A stretch of DNA of 30,565 nucleotides from a virus (taxonomy: Duplodnaviria > Heunggongvirae > Uroviricota > Caudoviricetes): IMG/VR virus record IMGVR_UViG_2778261446_000008, positions 1 through 30,565 of that record; one strand, written 5' to 3'. Shown here in pieces: positions 26,901-30,565 of the stretch (position 1 is its first letter; each line of letters starts with the position of its first letter). Made by a program: the position numbers and the translations under genes. The notes beneath the pieces were generated by a model. It was not told the origin of the DNA. It saw only the letters and a list, made by a program, of their open reading frames with translations, and searched no databases.

Positions 26901-27007
26901 CGCAGGATATTGCGCGGGAGGTGGCACGCCAGCTTGATGAACGTGAACGCAGGCTGAAGGCAAAAGCCAGGAGTAACTACAGCGATCAGGGGGGATACGA
27001 CGCATGA
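23930..27007 (+). CDS. T: tail tape measure protein (P2 gpT-like)
   Basis: 1025-aa ORF; N-terminal coiled-coil, central hydrophobic Gly/Ala/Leu-rich repeats (ALLRRGLASSG..., ALLRSGLSGL..., AVLRGGLASAG...); position between E/E' and U. Confidence 0.9.
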   Translation: MSDNNLRLQVILNAVDKLTRPFRAAQASSKELAGAIQNTRNSLKELNKQAGRIDEFRKTRSQLAITANNLNAAREEAAKLATQFAATNRPTAAQAKLFSQAKTRVQELQQTYNGLLGAVQRQRQALKESGIDTRQLSSAQRELKKNAEETRQALEGQQKALKRLGEQQARMNAAREQYSRRLEVRDRIAGAGATTTAAGLAMGAPVMAAVKSYTSMEDAMKGVAKQVNGLRDDNGNRTARFYEMQDAIKAASEQLPMENGAVDFAALVEGGARMNVANPDDSWEDQKRDLLAFASTAAKAATAFELPADELSESLGKIAQLYKIPTRNIEQLGDALNYLDDNAMSKGADIIDVMQRLGGVADRLDYRKAAALGSTFLTLGAAPEVAASAANAMVRELSIATMQSKSFFEGMNLLKLNPEVIEKQMTKDAMGTIQRVLEKVNALPQDKRLSAMTMLFGKEFGDDAAKLANNLPELQRQLKLTAGNDALGSMQKESDINKDSLSAQWLLVKTGAQNTFSSLGETLRQPLMDILYTVKSITGALRRWVEANPELTGTLMKVAAVVAAVTVGLGTLAVVLAAVLGPLAVIRLGFSVLGIKTLPSVTAAVTRTSSALSWLAGAPLALLRRGLASSGNAAGLLTAPLSSLRRTASLTGNVLKTVAGAPVALLRSGLSGLRAVAVMFMNPLAVLRGGLASAGTVLRVLASGPLAMLRVALYAVSGLLGALLSPIGLVVTALAGVALVVWKYWQPITAFLGGVVEGFKAAAGPVSAAFEPLKPVFQWIGDKVQALWGWFTDLLTPVKSTSAELQSAAAMGRRFGEALAEGLNMVMHPLDSLKSGVSWLLEKLGIVSKEAAKAKLPERVTRQQPATVNADGKVMMPPGGFPSWGYGFAGMYDSGGYIPRGQFGIVGENGPEIVNGPANVTSRRNTAALAAVVAEMMGVAAAPAELPPLHPLALPAKGGEAMVSRAATVPPVHRIEAPTQIIIQTQPGQSAQDIAREVARQLDERERRLKAKARSNYSDQGGYDA

Positions 27008-27489
27008 TGATGGTGCTGGGATTGTACGTGTTTATGCTGCGCACCGTTCCGTATCAGGAACTGCAGTATCAACGCAGCTGGCGACATGCGGCAAACAGCC
27101 GGGTAAACCGTCGTCCGTCCACGCAATTTCTGGGACCGGACAACGACATGCTGACGCTTTCTGGTGTTCTTATGCCGGAGATAACGGGCGGCAGGCTGTC
27201 GTTGCTGGCTCTGGAGCAGATGGCAGAACAGGGAAAAGCATGGCCCCTGATTGAAGGCAGCGGCACGATTTACGGCATGTATGTGATTGAGGGACTGAAT
27301 CAGACTAAAACGGAGTTTTTCCGCGATGGTATGCCGCGCCGGATTGAGTTTACCCTGTCGCTCAAACGGGTGGATGAATCCCTGTCCGATATGTTCGGTG
27401 ATCTCAGTGCACAGCTGAATAATTTGCAGGATACGGCAACGTCTGCCTTAAGCGATATCAGTAAAACGGTGGGAGGGCTGCTGTCGTGA
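27004..27489 (+). CDS. U: tail protein U (P2 gpU-like)
   Basis: 161-aa ORF overlapping the T stop; P2 U is of similar size. Confidence 0.85.
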   Translation: MMMVLGLYVFMLRTVPYQELQYQRSWRHAANSRVNRRPSTQFLGPDNDMLTLSGVLMPEITGGRLSLLALEQMAEQGKAWPLIEGSGTIYGMYVIEGLNQTKTEFFRDGMPRRIEFTLSLKRVDESLSDMFGDLSAQLNNLQDTATSALSDISKTVGGLLS

Positions 27490-28586
27490 ATTTCAGCTCT
27501 GAACTGCTTAACAAAGGCAACAAAACTCCCGCATTCAGCATCAGTATTGAGGGGAAGGATATCACCACTGTGCTGGACAAACGCCTGATGGGGCTTACGC
27601 TGACGGATAACCGGGGCTTTGAAGCGGACCAGCTTGATCTGGAGCTGGACGACGCCGACGGAAAAATCGTGCTGCCGCGCCGTGGTGCGGTCATTACGCT
27701 GGCGCTGGGCTGGAAGGGGCAGCCGCTTTTCCCGAAAGGGGCATTCACGGTGGACGAGATTGAACACACTGGTGCACCGGATCGCCTGACTATCCGGGCG
27801 CGAAGTGCGGATTTTAGGGAAACGCTGAATACCCGCCGTGAAAAATCGTGGCATAAGACCACCGTCGGGGAAGTGGTGAAGGAAATAGCCGCGCGGCACA
27901 AGCTGAAGATGGCACTGGGTAAAGACCTGTCGGATAAGCCCGTGGAGCATATAGACCAGACTAATGAGAGTGACGGCAGTTTTCTGATGCGGCTGGCGCG
28001 ACAGTACGGTGCCATCGCGTCGGTGAAAAATGGCAATCTGTTATTCATCCGGCAGGGGCAGGGCAAAAGCGCCACTGGTAAACCTCTGCCAGTGATCACT
28101 ATCACACGCAAGGACGGCGACAGTCACCGATTTACCCTGGCAGATCGCGGAGCCTACACGGGCGTAATTGCCAGCTGGTTGCATACCCGCGAACCTGCGA
28201 AGAAAGAAAGCACCACGGTGAAGCGTAAGCGCAGAACTAAGAAGCAGAAGAAAGAGCCAGAAGCGAAGCAGGGCGATTACCTGGTGGGTACGGATGAAAA
28301 CGTGCTGGTACTTAATCGCACTTATGCCAACCGGAGCAACGCCGAACGAGCGGCGAAAATGCAGTGGGAACGCCTGCAACGCGGCGTTGCGTCATTTTCT
28401 CTACAACTGGCAGAAGGGCGGGCAGATCTCTACACGGAAATGCCTGTGAAGGTCAGTGGTTTTAAACAGCCGATAGATGATGCGGAATGGACCATTACGA
28501 CTCTGACACATACCGTCAGCCCGGATAACGGTTTTACAACCAGTATTGAACTCGAAGTGAAGATTGATGATCTTGAAATGGAATAA
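27486..28586 (+). CDS. D: tail protein D (P2 gpD-like, late control gene D)
   Basis: 366-aa ORF between U and ogr; P2 synteny. Confidence 0.85.
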   Translation: MNFSSELLNKGNKTPAFSISIEGKDITTVLDKRLMGLTLTDNRGFEADQLDLELDDADGKIVLPRRGAVITLALGWKGQPLFPKGAFTVDEIEHTGAPDRLTIRARSADFRETLNTRREKSWHKTTVGEVVKEIAARHKLKMALGKDLSDKPVEHIDQTNESDGSFLMRLARQYGAIASVKNGNLLFIRQGQGKSATGKPLPVITITRKDGDSHRFTLADRGAYTGVIASWLHTREPAKKESTTVKRKRRTKKQKKEPEAKQGDYLVGTDENVLVLNRTYANRSNAERAAKMQWERLQRGVASFSLQLAEGRADLYTEMPVKVSGFKQPIDDAEWTITTLTHTVSPDNGFTTSIELEVKIDDLEME

Positions 28587-28654
28587 AGTGTTCTCAATAT
28601 TGATATTTTGTGTATCATTACAATGATTCTGATAGCAAAGGTAGGGATCTGGAT

Positions 28655-28873
28655 ATGATGAATTGTCCAAAGTGTGGTCATGCGGCACACACAAGGAGCA
28701 GTTTTCAAGTAACTGAAAGCACCAAAGAGCGTTACTGCCAGTGCCAAAATATTAACTGCGGGAGTACTTTTGTTACCCATGAAACAGTGGTCCGGTTTAT
28801 TGTGACACCCGCACTGATTGCTACTGCTCCTCCACATCCATTGCCAGGTGGTCAGGGGCATATGAATTTTTGA
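28655..28873 (+). CDS. ogr: Ogr/Delta-family zinc-finger late transcription activator
   Basis: MMNCPKCGHAAHTRSS...KERYCQCQNINCGSTFVTHETV matches the P2 Ogr zinc-finger pattern (CPxC...H...KERYHQCQNVNCSATF); 72 aa; RBS gtaggga upstream. Confidence 0.9.
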   Translation: MMNCPKCGHAAHTRSSFQVTESTKERYCQCQNINCGSTFVTHETVVRFIVTPALIATAPPHPLPGGQGHMNF

Positions 28874-28880
28874 GAAAGAG

Positions 28881-28904
28881 AACCTGCTACGGCAGGTTTT
28901 TATT
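28881..28904. terminator. bidirectional terminator between ogr and the WYL-BRCT gene
   Basis: aacctgc-tacg-gcaggtt hairpin followed by TTTTATT on the + strand; located between convergent stops (28873 and 28900). Confidence 0.65.
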
Positions 28905-29382
28905 CATCTGGGATCTCACCCGTTTCAAGAAAATGTATAAAGCCAGGCTCATCTATGATGATTGTGCCTTTCATCCTGGCTGCCGATACTTTTGATGGGC
29001 CTGCATTGTAACCGCAACAGAGCATCTGAAGGCTTTGGGTTACAGAGGTTCTTACCGTTAATCCTTGTTCATTCGCCTTATCAACCAATCTTTCTTTATC
29101 TGCTTTCTTAAATCCGGTGAAACACACATCGAATGTATTTTTTTTCGGACCAGACTGCTTGGTGAGATGTGAGTAGTTTTCGGGGAGGAATGACGCGCAC
29201 TCCTGAATGGCTTGTTCTGGTGAATCGTACTGTTTAAGAATGCGGTCTTTTCGGAAGGTTTTTATTCGATCGGTGTTCTTACAAATGCCCTGTATATGAT
29301 TTTCGCTATAACTGATGCTCTGTATAGAGTGAACACCGATACGACCATTTGCATTGATGTAAACAAAGTGAAGTTCTTCCAT
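28900..29382 (-). CDS. small WYL-domain plus BRCT-domain protein (cargo gene between ogr and the ssrA junction)
   Basis: 160 aa; N-terminal half has a WYL-like signature (FVY...G...R.FRKDRI); C-terminal half has a BRCT-like pattern (NTFDVCFTGF...LTVRTSVT...CCGYNAGPSKVSAARMKGTIIIDEPGFIHFLETG). RBS agagg 6 nt before the ATG; AT-rich composition. Confidence 0.6.
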   Translation of the reverse strand: MEELHFVYINANGRIGVHSIQSISYSENHIQGICKNTDRIKTFRKDRILKQYDSPEQAIQECASFLPENYSHLTKQSGPKKNTFDVCFTGFKKADKERLVDKANEQGLTVRTSVTQSLQMLCCGYNAGPSKVSAARMKGTIIIDEPGFIHFLETGEIPDE

Positions 29383-29462
29383 GTGAAACCTCTTTGCATG
29401 ATTTCAAGATGGCGACAGGCAAGATAGACGCAAAAGTCTGTCGCCATTTTGCCGCCACTACT

Positions 29463-29496
29463 AAAGAAAAAGGGGCTACGCTTTCACGTAACCCCT
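29463..29496 (-). terminator. rho-independent terminator downstream of ssrA
   Basis: On the minus strand: hairpin aggggUUacg / cgUagcccc (one G-U wobble) followed by a U-rich tract (UUUUUCUUU), immediately 3' of the tmRNA CCA end. Confidence 0.6.
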
Positions 29497-29505
29497 TGAT
29501 TTATT

Positions 29506-29868
29506 TGGTGGAGCTGGCGGGAGTTGAACCCGCGTCCGAAATTCCTACATCCTCGGTACTACATGCTTAGTCAGTCTTTACATTCGCTTGCCAGCTGCGG
29601 ACGGACACGCCACTAACAAACTAGCCTGATTAAGTTTTAACGCTTCAACCCCAGGCAGGGCTTCCACGCGATCTCTTTTGGGTTTGACCTCTCTTGATCC
29701 CCGTCCTAAGAGCGGAGGCTAGGGAGAGAGGGCTCTAAGCAGGTTATTAAGCTGCTAAAGCGTAGTTTTCGTCGTTTGCGACTATTTTTTGCGGCTTTTT
29801 ACGAGGCCAACCGCCCCTCGGCATGCACCTTGGGTTTCGCAAATCCCGTCGAATCCAGAATCAGCCCC
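29506..29868 (-). ncRNA. ssrA: tmRNA (SsrA, transfer-messenger RNA)
   Basis: The reverse complement reads GGGGCTGATTCTGGATTCGACGGGATTTGCGAAACCCAAGGTGCATGCC...GCAAACGACGAAAACTACGCTTTAGCAGCTTAA...GGTTCAACTCCCGCCAGCTCCACCA, i.e. the enterobacterial tmRNA including the tag-peptide reading frame (ANDENYALAA) and the tRNA-like 3' end. Confidence 0.95.
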
Positions 29869-30082
29869 AATGTGTAAAGGTAAGTATACCAGATTTATGA
29901 GCGCCATGACCAGCCTCAATGGCGTTATCGTTAAAGATTTAGCACCCATGTAGCCTGATTTTTATTCGATTAAGCAATGGGATGGCAACATTTGTGTCGG
30001 ATGTGATAGCCAATAAGATGTTCATTCGCGCCGCCGGAGAGGGAGGCGCGGTGAGGAACTGGTCAATAATTGGAGTGCAGGT

Positions 30083-30565
30083 TTAACGGTGGGCGTTTTT
30101 CATGATACGCGCTTTATCCACCTGCCATTCGCGCTCTTTGATATCTGAACGTTTATCGTGCTGTTTCTTACCTTTGGCGACGCCGATTTTCACTTTGCAC
30201 CAGGCATTTTTCCAGTACAGGGAGAGCGCCACTACGGTATAGCCTTCTCGATTGACGCGACCGTACAATGAGTCCAGTTCGCGCTGGTTGAGAAGTAACT
30301 TGCGGGTACGGGTAGGATCGCACACCACATGCGTGGAGGCCACTGCCATTGGCGTGATGTTTGCGCCAAACAGGAACGCTTCTCCGTCACGCAGAAGGAC
30401 ATAGCTGTCGCTGATATTGGCTTTTCCTGCGCGCAGGGATTTAACTTCCCAGCCTTGCAGGGCAAGTCCCGCTTCGAACTCTTCTTCGATAAAGTATTCG
30501 TGACGGGCGCGCTTGTTAAGCGCGATGGTCGCTGAACCAGGTTTATGTGCTTTTTTCTTCGTCAT
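30083..30565 (-). CDS. smpB: SsrA-binding protein SmpB
   Basis: 160-aa product [56 protein letters not shown]... matches E. coli/Salmonella SmpB as I recall it; located upstream of ssrA on the same strand. Confidence 0.95.

Larger units (their letters stand above)
1..29505. mobile_element. P2/186/Fels-2-like prophage, right-hand portion (early-region end, cargo hotspot, full late region, ogr); the left end with the integrase lies outside the window
   Basis: Gene order and sizes match the P2 prophage map (A, hotspot, cos, Q P O N M L X Y K lysAB R S V W J I H G, FI FII E T U D, ogr); the window abuts the 3' end of ssrA at 29506. The right boundary is approximate because the att core cannot be defined without the other junction. 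Confidence 0.85.

Noticed and set aside
27300-28111. Two overlapping minus-strand ORFs (216 and 217 aa) across the U/D region
   Set aside because: Antisense to conserved tail genes U and D; Arg/Ser-rich translations; no support.
1-30565. Search for CRISPR arrays, IS elements/transposases, integrase and canonical tRNA genes
   Set aside because: No direct-repeat/spacer arrays, no transposase-like ORFs or terminal inverted repeats, no tyrosine integrase and no tRNA cloverleaf other than the tRNA-like end of ssrA were found by reading the window; the integrase is expected to lie beyond the left edge.

Overview
This window is the right-hand ~29.5 kb of a P2/186/Fels-2-like temperate myovirus prophage lying next to the host smpB-ssrA (tmRNA) locus, an Enterobacteriaceae-type flank. 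The integrase end of the prophage is outside the window. Left to right: the end of the early/replication region (small early ORFs, TraR-like zinc finger, Dam-like methyltransferase, rolling-circle initiator A); a LexA-box-controlled Tum/DinI-like module; a cos-like site; an AT-rich single-gene cargo insertion encoding an AIPR-like putative abortive-infection nuclease in the classical P2 accessory hotspot between gene A and portal gene Q; then the complete late region in P2 order (Q, P, divergent O N M L X, holin, endolysin, lysA, lysB, lysC, R S V W J I H G). Between G and FI sits a Pin/Gin-type invertible tail-fibre segment with its serine invertase. FI, FII, E (with an E+E' frameshift), T, U, D and ogr follow, then a small AT-rich WYL-BRCT cargo gene and the 3' end of ssrA. 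The two best candidates for an undescribed system are the 607-codon AIPR-like gene (5029..6852) and the WYL-BRCT gene (28900..29382). All family assignments come from reading the translations, motifs and synteny; no database search was run. No rRNA, canonical tRNA, CRISPR array, IS element or integrase is visible in the window.
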